Below, piece after piece: positions 9,885 through 19,100 of a DNA stretch of 64,000 nucleotides (position 1 is its first letter; each line of letters starts with the position of its first letter). The stretch spans positions 202,038 through 266,037 of the forward strand of contig JAZDCZ010000419.1 in NCBI GenBank assembly GCA_036679605.1, in the 5' to 3' direction. The translations under genes and the position numbers were made by a program. The stretch is from Gemmatimonadota bacterium (lineage in GTDB: Bacteria; Gemmatimonadota; Gemmatimonadetes; Gemmatimonadales; GWC2-71-9). The notes below the pieces were generated by a model, which saw nothing but the letters and a program-made list of their open reading frames with translations, had not been told where the DNA came from and ran no database searches.

Positions 9885-10433
9885 ATGCCCTTTCTCAAAT
9901 CGCTCCCGGAAGACGGAGTTCTGCTCGACGTCTTCAAGAGTTTTCCAACTACAGCCTTGCCGCTAATACAATTCCACGAAGCATTGATGCGCGGACCATC
10001 GCAATTCTCCGTCGCTGAGCGGGAGTTGATAGCAGCGTATGTTTCAGGCCTGAATGCCTGCGACTACTGTCACGGAGTTCATACAGCTACAGCCGAAGCA
10101 TTTGGAATCACAGAGGGTATCTTGTCAGATCTATTGAGTGATCTCGAATCCGCAGACATTGACCAGAAGCTCAAACCGGTGCTCCGATACGCAGAGAAGC
10201 TTACAAAGACTCCGAGCCGCGTTACACAGGATGATGCCGATGCTGTGGTCGCCGCCGGTTGGAGCGATCAAGCTCTGTACGAAGCAGTGTCGGTATGCGC
10301 ATTATTCAATTTCATGAATCGACTGGTCGACGGACTCGGCATCAAGGCCGAGTCTGACTATTTCAAATTCGCTGCACAGCGACTTTCGGAGGGTGGATAC
10401 GCAGCACTGGAGAAGCTCATCGAGAGTCAGTGA
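9885..10433 (+). CDS. AhpD/CMD-family peroxidase-related enzyme
   Basis: ERELIAAYVS..NACDYCHGVH motif; FNFMNRLVDG. Confidence 0.9.
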   Translation: MPFLKSLPEDGVLLDVFKSFPTTALPLIQFHEALMRGPSQFSVAERELIAAYVSGLNACDYCHGVHTATAEAFGITEGILSDLLSDLESADIDQKLKPVLRYAEKLTKTPSRVTQDDADAVVAAGWSDQALYEAVSVCALFNFMNRLVDGLGIKAESDYFKFAAQRLSEGGYAALEKLIESQ

Positions 10434-10478
10434 CGGAGTGAGTAGCACCAAACCATACGGGAATCTGGGAGACAGACC

Positions 10479-12542
10479 ATGAAGGTGAAACGAAATATCC
10501 TGATAGGAGTTTGCACCACACTAGCCCTCCAGTTCTCGGCGGGTAATGTATTGGCCCAAGACGACGGCGCATCTCGCTTCCAACTCGCCGACGTGTTCGA
10601 ACTCGAATACGCCTCTGACCCACAGATCTCTCCCGATGGAAGCAAGGTAGTGTTCGTCCGCAATTTCATGGATATCATGACCGATCGAGGGCGATCAAAC
10701 CTGTGGATCATCGATTCGGATGGTACCGGAGAGCGCCCCCTAACAACAGGTAACAAGAACTACTCATCACCCAGGTGGTCGCCCAACGGAACGCGCTTGC
10801 TATACGTCTCCAATGTAGATGGGGCGAGCCAGCTTTACGCCCGATGGATGGACGACGGGCAAACGGCGAAGCTCACCAACTTGACTGAGTCGCCTGCTGG
10901 ACTCGCTTGGTCTCCGGACGGCAAGTGGATCGCCTTCTCCATGATGGTAACGCAACCGCAGCAGCCGTTCATCAACATGCCTCCCAAACCGGCCGGTGCG
11001 GAGTGGGCCGCCCCTGCAAAGGTCATTCAAAAACTGCAGTATCGGGCTGATGGTGCCGGGTATCTGGAAGATGGATTCAGACAGCTCTTCGTGTTACCCG
11101 CGGAAGGCGGCACACCACGTCAAATCACCGACGGCGAATTCAATCACGGCGGCAGACTCTCATGGACCCCAGACAGCAAGTCCTTGGTCTTCTCGGCAAA
11201 TCGGCACGCCGATTGGCAGTATGATCCGATGAACTCGGAGATCTACGCTATCTCGGTGAATGACGCGGCCATCACCGAACTGACCAGCCGTCAGGGACCC
11301 GATGCTTCACCGACGGTTTCACCTGACGGCAGGCGAATCGCATATCTGGGATTCGATGACCGCCTCCAGGGCTATCAAGTAACTCATCTTTACGTGATGA
11401 ACAGGGACGGCTCCGGAAGAATTGCCGTCGCCGAAGATTTTGACCGCGATGTGCAACAACCGAGATGGGACAGATCGGGCAGAGGTGTCTATTTCCAGTA
11501 CGATGACGCGGGCGACACCAAGATTGGCTACATGACGTTGGATGGAAAAGTGACGACTCTGGTAGGCGACGTCGGAGGCCTCTCTCTCGGGCGGCCCTAC
11601 TCGGGGGGTTCATTCTCCGTGACACGAGACGGCCGGTTCGCGTTCACCCACTCCCGCCCGGATCGTCCAGCAGATGTAGCCGTAGGACGCAGAGGAACGT
11701 CCGACATCAAGCGCATCACTGCGCTCAACGACGATCTCTTCGGCCATAAGGAATTGGGAAGAGTGGAAGAGATATGGTATGAATCGTCGTACGACAAGCG
11801 AAAGATCCAAGGCTGGATCGTAACACCTCCGGGATTCAGCTCGTCCCGCAAGTACCCCTTGCTACTGGAAATCCATGGCGGCCCGTTCGCCAACTACGGA
11901 GCCCGCTTCTCTACCGAGATACAACTCTATGCAGCCGCCGGCTACGTGGTGCTGTACACGAATCCACGCGGCAGTACCAGTTACGGTGAAGAGTTCGGCA
12001 ACCTGATTCACCATGCGTATCCCGGTTACGACTACGACGACCTCATGTCAGGTGTAGATGCCGTTCTCGAGCGAGGCTACATCGACGAAGAAAACATGTT
12101 CGTTACAGGTGGAAGCGGTGGAGGAGTCTTGACCAGTTGGATAGTGGGAAAGACTGGCCGATTCAAGGCAGCGGTCGCAGCAAAGCCCGTCATCAATTGG
12201 TACAGTTGGGCATTGACCGCTGACTCATACAATTTCTTCTACAAGTATTGGTTTCCCGGCTTGCCTTGGGACGAGCCCGAGAACTACATGAAGCGCTCTC
12301 CGCTGACCTACGTGGGCAACGTCACGACACCGACAATGCTGCTGACTGGCGAAGTCGACTACCGAACACCCATCTCGGAGTCGGAACAGTTTTATCAAGC
12401 ACTCAAGTTACGTAAGGTGGACGCGGCCCTGGTCCGGATCCCAGGAGCGTCACATGGCATCGCTTCCCGCCCTAGTAATCTGATTGCAAAGGTGGCCCAC
12501 ATACTGAAGTGGTTTGCGAAGTACCGGACCTCTACAACGTAG
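10479..12542 (+). CDS. Secreted S9 family peptidase (acylaminoacyl/dipeptidyl peptidase) with PD40 propeller
   Basis: Signal peptide; repeated WSPDG; IHGGP, GGSGG nucleophile, GEVDYR, ASHG. Confidence 0.95.
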   Translation: MKVKRNILIGVCTTLALQFSAGNVLAQDDGASRFQLADVFELEYASDPQISPDGSKVVFVRNFMDIMTDRGRSNLWIIDSDGTGERPLTTGNKNYSSPRWSPNGTRLLYVSNVDGASQLYARWMDDGQTAKLTNLTESPAGLAWSPDGKWIAFSMMVTQPQQPFINMPPKPAGAEWAAPAKVIQKLQYRADGAGYLEDGFRQLFVLPAEGGTPRQITDGEFNHGGRLSWTPDSKSLVFSANRHADWQYDPMNSEIYAISVNDAAITELTSRQGPDASPTVSPDGRRIAYLGFDDRLQGYQVTHLYVMNRDGSGRIAVAEDFDRDVQQPRWDRSGRGVYFQYDDAGDTKIGYMTLDGKVTTLVGDVGGLSLGRPYSGGSFSVTRDGRFAFTHSRPDRPADVAVGRRGTSDIKRITALNDDLFGHKELGRVEEIWYESSYDKRKIQGWIVTPPGFSSSRKYPLLLEIHGGPFANYGARFSTEIQLYAAAGYVVLYTNPRGSTSYGEEFGNLIHHAYPGYDYDDLMSGVDAVLERGYIDEENMFVTGGSGGGVLTSWIVGKTGRFKAAVAAKPVINWYSWALTADSYNFFYKYWFPGLPWDEPENYMKRSPLTYVGNVTTPTMLLTGEVDYRTPISESEQFYQALKLRKVDAALVRIPGASHGIASRPSNLIAKVAHILKWFAKYRTSTT

Positions 12543-12591
12543 CTAGGGAACTCGTATCAGCCACGGACTGTTTGTACTGCATAGCCATCAT

Positions 12592-13680
12592 ATGCCGCAA
12601 ACGGGGTTGATAGAGATGAACAGTCGGCTGGAACATGGAAGGTTGGTAACACTGAGAGGACAGACCCGCAAAGGTGCTGTCCTCTCAGTAATCGCACTGA
12701 CGTTTGCACTGGCGTCGGAGGCGGCAGGTCAGGTAAATCCGACAACACCACCCCCAATAAGCGGTCACTCTCTCACGTTCGAAGATATATCTTCTGCCGA
12801 CGTTCTTGCACGTGCGCACCTGATCCGTGATGAGATAGAACTCATTCGATTCGAGATGGGGAGACCGACCGCGGGACCATCTGAGTTCGACGTGCGTAAT
12901 GCATCGCCCCGTGAAGTCATGTTTCAGGCTTTCACTCTGTTCTTGAAAGCGAGTGAACTTCAGTTCGAGCTGGCGGGTACCTCGCCAGTGCCGCTGCAGT
13001 TGGAGTTGCCGCAAGAGGTGAGGCAGTTACATGTGTGGAGGGTGCTGGAAGTCGCTTACCAGCGAATCCTCACCGTGCGGAGGGAACTCGACATATCCGA
13101 CCCCGTTGTCGAGCGGAGGCAGCCGCCATCTGCTGCTCCGACTGATGTCTTTCTAGCTATTGCCCAGGCAAACCGCCAATTGGACCAGTTGCTCAGCGAG
13201 CGCCTGGCGCCACGGGATGTGTTCTATCAGGTAAAGCTGGCTTCAAATTATGCCGTCCGCCTCCTTCAGCAATTTCCGGGAGCCCGAGTGATCCCTCCAG
13301 CACCCATGTTCGAACGTGGCAAACGACCTGTCGACGTGTTCAACCTACTACTCGCTAACTACGAGAAACTTCAGGGGGTCGCCATGTACTCCAGGATCGA
13401 GACTTTGAGCCTGGAGGTGACTAATCACGATACAGAGTGGGCAGGTCAAAACGAGGTCTCGCCGAGCGAGGTATACAACATTGCCATATTACTCGTCTCG
13501 GAGCTTGCCTACCTACACGCGCAGCTCGACTATTCCGATGCTCCGACCCCTGCCCGTGATTCCGGGGTGAAGGTGCCTGCGCACGTATATCAGCAGGCCC
13601 GGATTCTCCAACTTCAGCTGCAGGAACTCGAAAAGTTGGTGCACAAGAACCCCGATTGGCTCGCCGGAAGACTGAACTAG
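12592..13680 (+). CDS. Exported hypothetical alpha-helical repeat protein
   Basis: Hydrophobic signal segment; about 8 P-x-[DEH]-V-[FYM]-like initiated helices; start codon uncertain. Confidence 0.7.
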   Translation: MPQTGLIEMNSRLEHGRLVTLRGQTRKGAVLSVIALTFALASEAAGQVNPTTPPPISGHSLTFEDISSADVLARAHLIRDEIELIRFEMGRPTAGPSEFDVRNASPREVMFQAFTLFLKASELQFELAGTSPVPLQLELPQEVRQLHVWRVLEVAYQRILTVRRELDISDPVVERRQPPSAAPTDVFLAIAQANRQLDQLLSERLAPRDVFYQVKLASNYAVRLLQQFPGARVIPPAPMFERGKRPVDVFNLLLANYEKLQGVAMYSRIETLSLEVTNHDTEWAGQNEVSPSEVYNIAILLVSELAYLHAQLDYSDAPTPARDSGVKVPAHVYQQARILQLQLQELEKLVHKNPDWLAGRLN

Positions 13681-13689
13681 GCGTGTAGC

Positions 13690-14238
13690 CTAACCGGAGA
13701 GCGCCTCCAGCTCATTCCGGGCGTCATCTAGTATCTGAACTACCCGCTCTCTCTTCTCAGGGTCTTCTCTGAGCCTCCAGGACATCTTGTAGGCCAGGGT
13801 GACGAGCTTGCCCACTCGCTTGGTCAACTCCGGCACAGGGTCGTTTAGAAGACCGTCGATCATCTCGTCGAGGCGATCGAAGATCTCGTCCACCGTGCTC
13901 TTGTGCTCGCTGAGAAACGCCCGGCCATCGTCGGTAATCGAATAGATCTTCTTTCCCTCCACCTTTTCACAGCTGACCAGGCCTTCGTCCTCAAGCCACT
14001 GGAGCGTGGGGTAGACCGACCCGGGTGACGGTTTGTAACAGCCGCGCGTGTGCTGTTCCAAGTCCTTCATCACCTCGTAGCCGTGCATCGGCTTGTCCCG
14101 GAGCAGCTTGAGGATGACATATTTCATGTCACCCGACTCGAACCAATGGCGCCGACTTCGGCGACGTGCACCCTGTCTCGCCCAAAAGAACCAGGGCTCG
14201 AACCCAAGATTCCATGGCTTATCTCTCATGATTCCCAC
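13690..14238 (-). CDS. PadR-family transcriptional regulator (YqjI-like)
   Basis: PMHGYEVMK, YKPSPGSVYPTLQWLEDEG, KKIYSIT..G. Confidence 0.9.
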   Translation of the reverse strand: MGIMRDKPWNLGFEPWFFWARQGARRRSRRHWFESGDMKYVILKLLRDKPMHGYEVMKDLEQHTRGCYKPSPGSVYPTLQWLEDEGLVSCEKVEGKKIYSITDDGRAFLSEHKSTVDEIFDRLDEMIDGLLNDPVPELTKRVGKLVTLAYKMSWRLREDPEKRERVVQILDDARNELEALSG

Positions 14239-14255
14239 CTCCTACTGACAATATT

Positions 14256-14301
14256 CGATATTACGCGTCGATATTACGTACGATATATCGTACGTAATAT
14301 C
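14256..14301. promoter_or_regulatory. PadR operator candidate: perfect 32-bp palindrome plus an extra half-site
   Basis: GATATTACGTACGATATATCGTACGTAATATC at 14270-14301; CGATATTACG repeated at 14256 and 14269. Confidence 0.75.
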
Positions 14302-14342
14302 TTACAAAAAGTCAACGGCTGGTAAGTGGTGGGTACAGCTAG

Positions 14343-14744
14343 TTAGTTAGCGAGGCTATGCGGCCACGGTCCTGCGGCATAGTAGGCAAATAGAAGGGCG
14401 GCACCCGCTAAGCCCAAAGTTTTCATGAAATGCGCCATCTCGTTCATCCGCTTGGCCGGATCGGTCTCGGTCCAGAAAGAATGGAGCGCCCAGGCCCCGG
14501 GAAAAAGCACCAGGAACAGCAGGCCGGCCCCTACGAAGCGTCGCCAGCCAAGCAGCACGAACACACCGCCGACGAGCAGCATGAGCCCTGTAACCAACGC
14601 AACGGGCTTGGGCCCGGGTACGGCCTTGCTCTCGAAGAATGCTGCTGTGACCCGCATCCCCAGCAGATGGCGCAGCCCAAAGAAAATGGCGAATGACGCA
14701 AATAGGATGCGCCCGGTCAGGTGCATCCAGACATACTCAGGCAT
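14343..14744 (-). CDS. DoxX family membrane protein (paralog 2)
   Basis: GRILF, H.FW and HFMKTLGLAG motifs; 4 hydrophobic segments. Confidence 0.9.
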   Translation of the reverse strand: MPEYVWMHLTGRILFASFAIFFGLRHLLGMRVTAAFFESKAVPGPKPVALVTGLMLLVGGVFVLLGWRRFVGAGLLFLVLFPGAWALHSFWTETDPAKRMNEMAHFMKTLGLAGAALLFAYYAAGPWPHSLAN

Positions 14745-14754
14745 CAGGATTCCC

Positions 14755-15162
14755 TCAGTTACCCAGACTCATGGGCCAGTAGAAGCCCGCGTGATAAACG
14801 ATGAAAAGCGCGGCGCCAGCGAGCCCGAGAGTTTTCATGAAGTGAGCCATCTCGTTCTGCTTCGCCATTGGATCGGTCTCCTTCCAGAACGGATGCATCA
14901 TGAAGGCGGTCGGTATGAGGAAAATCACCAGCAGCCCCGCACCGATGAAACGATGCCATCCCAACAGCACCGACAGTCCGCCGAGCACGATCATGAGGCC
15001 GGTCACCGGAACAGCAACCTTTGCTGCGGGTACTCCCCTGCTCTCGGCGAAGCCCGCCATCTCCTTCATGTTCATGAAGTGGCCCATGCCGCCCCCAATA
15101 AACATCATGCTGAATAGGATTCTGCCCATGAGGTGGATCCAGGGGTAAGCTTCTTCTGGCAT
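14755..15162 (-). CDS. DoxX family membrane protein (paralog 1)
   Basis: GRILF, MHPFW, HFMKTLGLAG. Confidence 0.9.
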   Translation of the reverse strand: MPEEAYPWIHLMGRILFSMMFIGGGMGHFMNMKEMAGFAESRGVPAAKVAVPVTGLMIVLGGLSVLLGWHRFIGAGLLVIFLIPTAFMMHPFWKETDPMAKQNEMAHFMKTLGLAGAALFIVYHAGFYWPMSLGN

Positions 15163-15291
15163 TTTTTGCTCCCGTTTGCAAGAATCGCTGCATGATGCCG
15201 TAGCTTGAGCTAAATAGCAAGCGCCCTTGCGGTCAGACGCGGGAGAGAATACCGGATGGTCTTGGAAACTCGAGATGCTGCGGAGTACTGC

Positions 15292-15320
15292 TTGCGGCGC
15301 GCCCTTCTGGCGCGCCGCAA
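15292..15320. terminator. 12-bp perfect GC-rich hairpin downstream of the PDZ gene
   Basis: TTGCGGCGCGCC-cttct-GGCGCGCCGCAA; no clear U-tract on the minus strand. Confidence 0.55.
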
Positions 15321-15328
15321 TATGTTCC

Positions 15329-16396
15329 CTACTGTCGCCTCTCTCTGAAGAACGAGCCCCCTGACCTATTCCTGCGGCGGAAGGAACTGTCGCTCTCCGG
15401 CAGCTCGGCTGTGACCGTCATGCGGCTCTTCTTCCGCATGATAGTAAACGCGATCGTCTCACCAGCGTCGTAGGACCGGATCATTCGAAGCGCGTGAGCC
15501 GCGCTAGTCGGCTTTCGATCGCCGATGTTCAGAATGACGTCGCCGGTCTTCAGGTTGAGGGACGATTCCCTTGGAGCCCGGACGATCAGCAACCCCTCAT
15601 CGGTTCCGAAATAGTCACCCAACTCTTCGTCCAGACTAACCAGTTCGATGTCGAGCCATTGCAGTGGCACGGACCCGAAAGGAAGTCCCCGCACGGAATA
15701 TGGTTGCGGGCCTACTCGCACGCGCGGAGCTAATTCTTCGAGAAGTCGAAGACTCGGATCGCCTGAGAAGCTGAAAGAATAGGACTCGGATTCCAGTTTC
15801 CGCAGAATGACGTCGGCGTCGTGGTTCTCCGCGCCGCGGCGGTATTCCACGTGTAGAGTGTCACCTTCCTCGAGTTCGTTCTTGATCCGGACGAGCTTGT
15901 TTCCCGGCGATATGCTCCATCGATCGGCTCGCCCAAGAGTCTCTCCGTTCGCCTTGGTAATAACGTCTCCTGCCTCGAGGCCTGCTTCGTCGGCTGGCCC
16001 ACCTTCGACCACGCTCTCCAAGCCTGCACCGACGGAGTCGTTGTCGTCATCGCTACTAGTACTCAAGTAGACACCCATCTGGATCCGGTTGCCGCCGACG
16101 AACGACAACGTGCGAAAGGCATCACCTGTTGAGACGAACAAGCGATTCCTATTCAGTTCATTGATTGCGGAGCGCAAACCGGATACGAGTCGCTCCATTT
16201 CCCGCCGCGCCTCCCTGCTGTCATCTTCACGCAGCAGTCGCAGAGCCTCTTCTAACTGTCCTCGGGCTTTATCGAGCTGCTGCTCCGCTCGCTCGCGTCT
16301 GGCCTCTTCACTGCTCTGCTGAGCGTAGGCCACACCACTACCTCCTACGGCCAACAGAAACAGGGAAGCAAGAACTGCTCTTGTCTTCACTTTCAT
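15329..16396 (-). CDS. Secreted coiled-coil plus two-PDZ-domain protein
   Basis: AAGGAG RBS before ATG 16396; signal peptide AYA-Q; GPADEAGLEAGDVI and LKTGDVIL PDZ motifs; no protease domain. Confidence 0.85.
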   Translation of the reverse strand: MKVKTRAVLASLFLLAVGGSGVAYAQQSSEEARRERAEQQLDKARGQLEEALRLLREDDSREARREMERLVSGLRSAINELNRNRLFVSTGDAFRTLSFVGGNRIQMGVYLSTSSDDDNDSVGAGLESVVEGGPADEAGLEAGDVITKANGETLGRADRWSISPGNKLVRIKNELEEGDTLHVEYRRGAENHDADVILRKLESESYSFSFSGDPSLRLLEELAPRVRVGPQPYSVRGLPFGSVPLQWLDIELVSLDEELGDYFGTDEGLLIVRAPRESSLNLKTGDVILNIGDRKPTSAAHALRMIRSYDAGETIAFTIMRKKSRMTVTAELPESDSSFRRRNRSGGSFFRERRQ

Positions 16397-16441
16397 TGTA
16401 CACTCACTCCTTACTTGATCCGGCATTCCAGCCCGGACCTA

Positions 16442-17029
16442 CTAGAATCCGACGTATGCTGCCCGTCGGACCTGTGTATTAATCAACGCATCCATCAACA
16501 ACAGACGTTGACGGAACAAACCTGTGAGTTGTTCTCGGGATACAACCACCTGTCGAGCTGCCGAGAGGTGTGTATCAATCATGGTTATGCGATCTTCGAG
16601 ATCGGCGATCGCAAGTGCCGTCATTCCATTCACGACTCGCCCATCCATTCGAACGTCATGAAGCACACTATCCAATTGTCGTGATTGGCTGGCCAGCATC
16701 TGCAACTCGGTAACCGAATTGGGAACCGCTGCCGTTCTATGCACAAAACCATTCACGCCAACCAGCAACGCAAATGACGCCGCAGCAGCCCAGCCGGCTC
16801 TGAGCCAACCAGCTCTGCGTCGCTCTTTTTGAATGGCACGACCAACCTCCGACCAACGATCCCGCGGTGCACTGATACTCGGTAGCGCCTTGAGCGCCGC
16901 AACCCGCTGGTGGATCCGGTCTAGCTCATCTCGGCATTCAGCGCATTCGTCCACATGAGTTCGAGCGCCCAACAAGCCGTCCCCATTTCGTACATCGAGT
17001 AGCTCTTGAATTGTACAATGTCTCAACAT
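16442..17029 (-). CDS. Zinc-binding membrane anti-sigma factor
   Basis: TGATG overlap with the sigma stop; HVDECAEC (HxxxCxxC); one TM helix. Confidence 0.8.
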   Translation of the reverse strand: MLRHCTIQELLDVRNGDGLLGARTHVDECAECRDELDRIHQRVAALKALPSISAPRDRWSEVGRAIQKERRRAGWLRAGWAAAASFALLVGVNGFVHRTAAVPNSVTELQMLASQSRQLDSVLHDVRMDGRVVNGMTALAIADLEDRITMIDTHLSAARQVVVSREQLTGLFRQRLLLMDALINTQVRRAAYVGF

Positions 17030-17574
17030 CACGCCTCCTCGCCGAGCATCGTTCTCAACCGCGCATGAGCACGCGAAAGTTGCGATTTCGAGAAACTCAC
17101 TGTTTTCCCCATTAGCTCGGCTATCTCCTCGTGTGTGTAGCCCTCTACGTCGTGCAACCACACCACCGCCCTGCTCGTGTCCGACAGACACTTCAATGCG
17201 TCCTCCAGATCGAGCCGGAGGCCGGATTGTCCCTCCAGCGACCATCTCCCAGCAAACTCCTCGTGCAGTTCCTCAGTATTCCGGTACTTCTCATACCTCA
17301 CACGCATCAGTGCTTTGCTGGCAGCTATGCGCTTGATCCATGATGTCATGCTCCCGGCCTGGTCACCACGGAATTTTTTTATGCTGCGGCAGACCTCCAG
17401 GAAAGTTTCCTGAAGCACATCTTCCGCATCTTCCGCGGTGCGGCATATTCTCCGAGCCATTGTGTAGACCAGACCCTGATAGCTCCGATACAAGCCTTCG
17501 AGAGCTGCAAGGTCGCCGGTCTTGGCCCGGCGAATCGCCATGTCGTCGACTGCAACCAAGGACATTTGCGTCAT
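17029..17574 (-). CDS. ECF RNA polymerase sigma factor
   Basis: DAEDVLQETF (region 2); EGYTHEEIAELMGKTVSFSKSQLSRA (region 4.2). Confidence 0.95.
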   Translation of the reverse strand: MTQMSLVAVDDMAIRRAKTGDLAALEGLYRSYQGLVYTMARRICRTAEDAEDVLQETFLEVCRSIKKFRGDQAGSMTSWIKRIAASKALMRVRYEKYRNTEELHEEFAGRWSLEGQSGLRLDLEDALKCLSDTSRAVVWLHDVEGYTHEEIAELMGKTVSFSKSQLSRAHARLRTMLGEEA

Positions 17575-17585
17575 GCTCGTTAAGA

Positions 17586-17614
17586 TAGATGCCTCGACCG
17601 AAAGAATAGTCGCA
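17586..17614 (-). promoter_or_regulatory. Putative autoregulatory ECF promoter TGCGAC-N17-CATCTA
   Basis: ECF-like -35/-10 pair ending 11 nt upstream of the sigma ATG. Confidence 0.5.
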
Positions 17615-17688
17615 GTTATCGCGCTACTCTGACCGGCCGTTCGAAAGCTACATAACTATATGATAGACATACAGTTACGGTCGAATAT

Positions 17689-18831
17689 TTGCAAGCATAC
17701 GCGGGAAGTAGGCTCAATTTGAAGAGAACGGACGCAAGCGACCTTTGGCGTCACCACCTCCAGGATGAGGCCGACGCCGCGTTCCTATACCGAATTCTGG
17801 CTGACGCGGAACCCACCGACAAGAGGAGTGATCTGTACCGTCGTCTGGCCGATGTCGAGGACCGGCATTCAAAGCTCTGGTGCGAGGTTCTGGAACAACA
17901 TGGCCATGAGGCGCCCGTGCCAGGTCCCTCGTTCAGAGCGAGGCTGCTCGCCAAGATAGCAACAATGTTCGGTCCCACTCTGCTGCTACCACTGCTGCTG
18001 AGAGAAGAAGGTCTCGAGGTTAAGGGATACCTCGACATGTACCGACAAAGTGAACCCGGCACTGCGCGCGACACCGCTCTCACCTTGGCAAAGGAATCAG
18101 CCGAACATGCGACGGCGCTGGGCCAGCTTTCAGATGCGGTGGGTGAGCCGTGGCACAGCACTGGGTCGGGTGGTTTTCTCCGCAACGTCATCTATGGGTT
18201 CAATGACGGGTTGACGGCTAACTTCGGCTTGGTTGCGGGTGTTATCGGAGCGGCGTTCGAGTCTCACATCGTGCTCGTGTCGGGCTTGGCAGGAATGATT
18301 GCGGATGCTCTATCGATGGGTTCCTCGGGATACTTGGCTGCGAAAACCGAACGCGAGGTTTATGCAAACGAGATCGCGATGGAGCGCGAAGAGATTCGGC
18401 TCATGCCCGAACTCGAGGAAGAGGAACTTGCACTGCTGTACGAGGCCAAGGGTGTCGAGACCCAGCGCGCCCACGAGATGGCACACGACATTATGCGAGA
18501 CCCTGAGCGCGCGCTAGCCGAAAAGGTGCGCGAAGAACTCAAAATAGGTGATGCACACACTACACCTGTCAACGAAGGTCTCATTACCGGTATCGCTACT
18601 GCGGTTGGAGCGTTCATACCCTTCGCTCCGTTTCTCTTCATGGAGGGTCAGGCCGCAGCGCTCACTGCTTTCTTGCTTGCGATGACCTCGCACTTTGCCG
18701 TGGGTGCGGCAAGGAGTTTCTTCACCGGGCGCGGACTATTCAAGAGCGGCTTAGATATGTTTGTGGTCGGACTCGGCGTTGCCGTGGTGGGCTACCTGGT
18801 TGGTGACCTTGTCGCCAAGGCGTTGACCTGA
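17689..18831 (+). CDS. Ferritin/rubrerythrin-like domain fused to VIT1/CCC1 metal transporter
   Basis: N-terminal E..EDRH..E..EH diiron-like residues; LRNVIYGFNDGL and ALSMGSSGYL VIT1 motifs; alternative start TTG 17719. Confidence 0.9.
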   Translation: MQAYAGSRLNLKRTDASDLWRHHLQDEADAAFLYRILADAEPTDKRSDLYRRLADVEDRHSKLWCEVLEQHGHEAPVPGPSFRARLLAKIATMFGPTLLLPLLLREEGLEVKGYLDMYRQSEPGTARDTALTLAKESAEHATALGQLSDAVGEPWHSTGSGGFLRNVIYGFNDGLTANFGLVAGVIGAAFESHIVLVSGLAGMIADALSMGSSGYLAAKTEREVYANEIAMEREEIRLMPELEEEELALLYEAKGVETQRAHEMAHDIMRDPERALAEKVREELKIGDAHTTPVNEGLITGIATAVGAFIPFAPFLFMEGQAAALTAFLLAMTSHFAVGAARSFFTGRGLFKSGLDMFVVGLGVAVVGYLVGDLVAKALT

Positions 18832-18915
18832 CTAGACCACGAGATTAACCAACCGGTCCTGAACGTAAATCGATTTTTTCACGTCGCGACCATCCAAGGA
18901 CCGGCGCACCGCATC
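18831..18915 (-). repeat. Orphan duplicate of the leuS 3' end (att-like direct repeat, copy 1)
   Basis: 73/85 nt identical to 28210-28294; encodes DAVRRSLDGRDVKKSIYVQDRLVNLVV*. Confidence 0.95.
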
Positions 18916-18952
18916 GTGCAGTCGATCCGAAGATTGGGTTCGCTTGGTACGG

Positions 18953-19060
18953 TCACTGGAAGCAGAAGCCGAACTCAGTAACAGTATATGTGTATTGGTC
19001 ACTTGCCGTACTTTCACCATCGTTTACTTCAACCTTTATCTCGGGCACCGCGGCCATCAT
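18953..19060 (-). pseudogene. Orphan C-terminal fragment resembling the tail of the island subtilase
   Basis: EIKVEVNDGESTASDQYTYTVTEFGFCFQ* aligns with TLRLNVLDSGGADGFDQLSATVNSQAPPCLN*. Confidence 0.5.
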
Positions 19061-19100
19061 GGTCCTGTCGCTGTGCAGAACGGCGGGTAGTGCGACGGCG

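Noticed and set aside
14425..15117. 230-aa plus-strand ORF
   Set aside because: Antisense shadow of the two DoxX genes
18832..19020. 62-aa minus-strand ORF as a real gene
   Set aside because: Only the last 27 codons are meaningful (leuS duplicate); the rest is out-of-frame read-through of the adjacent remnant
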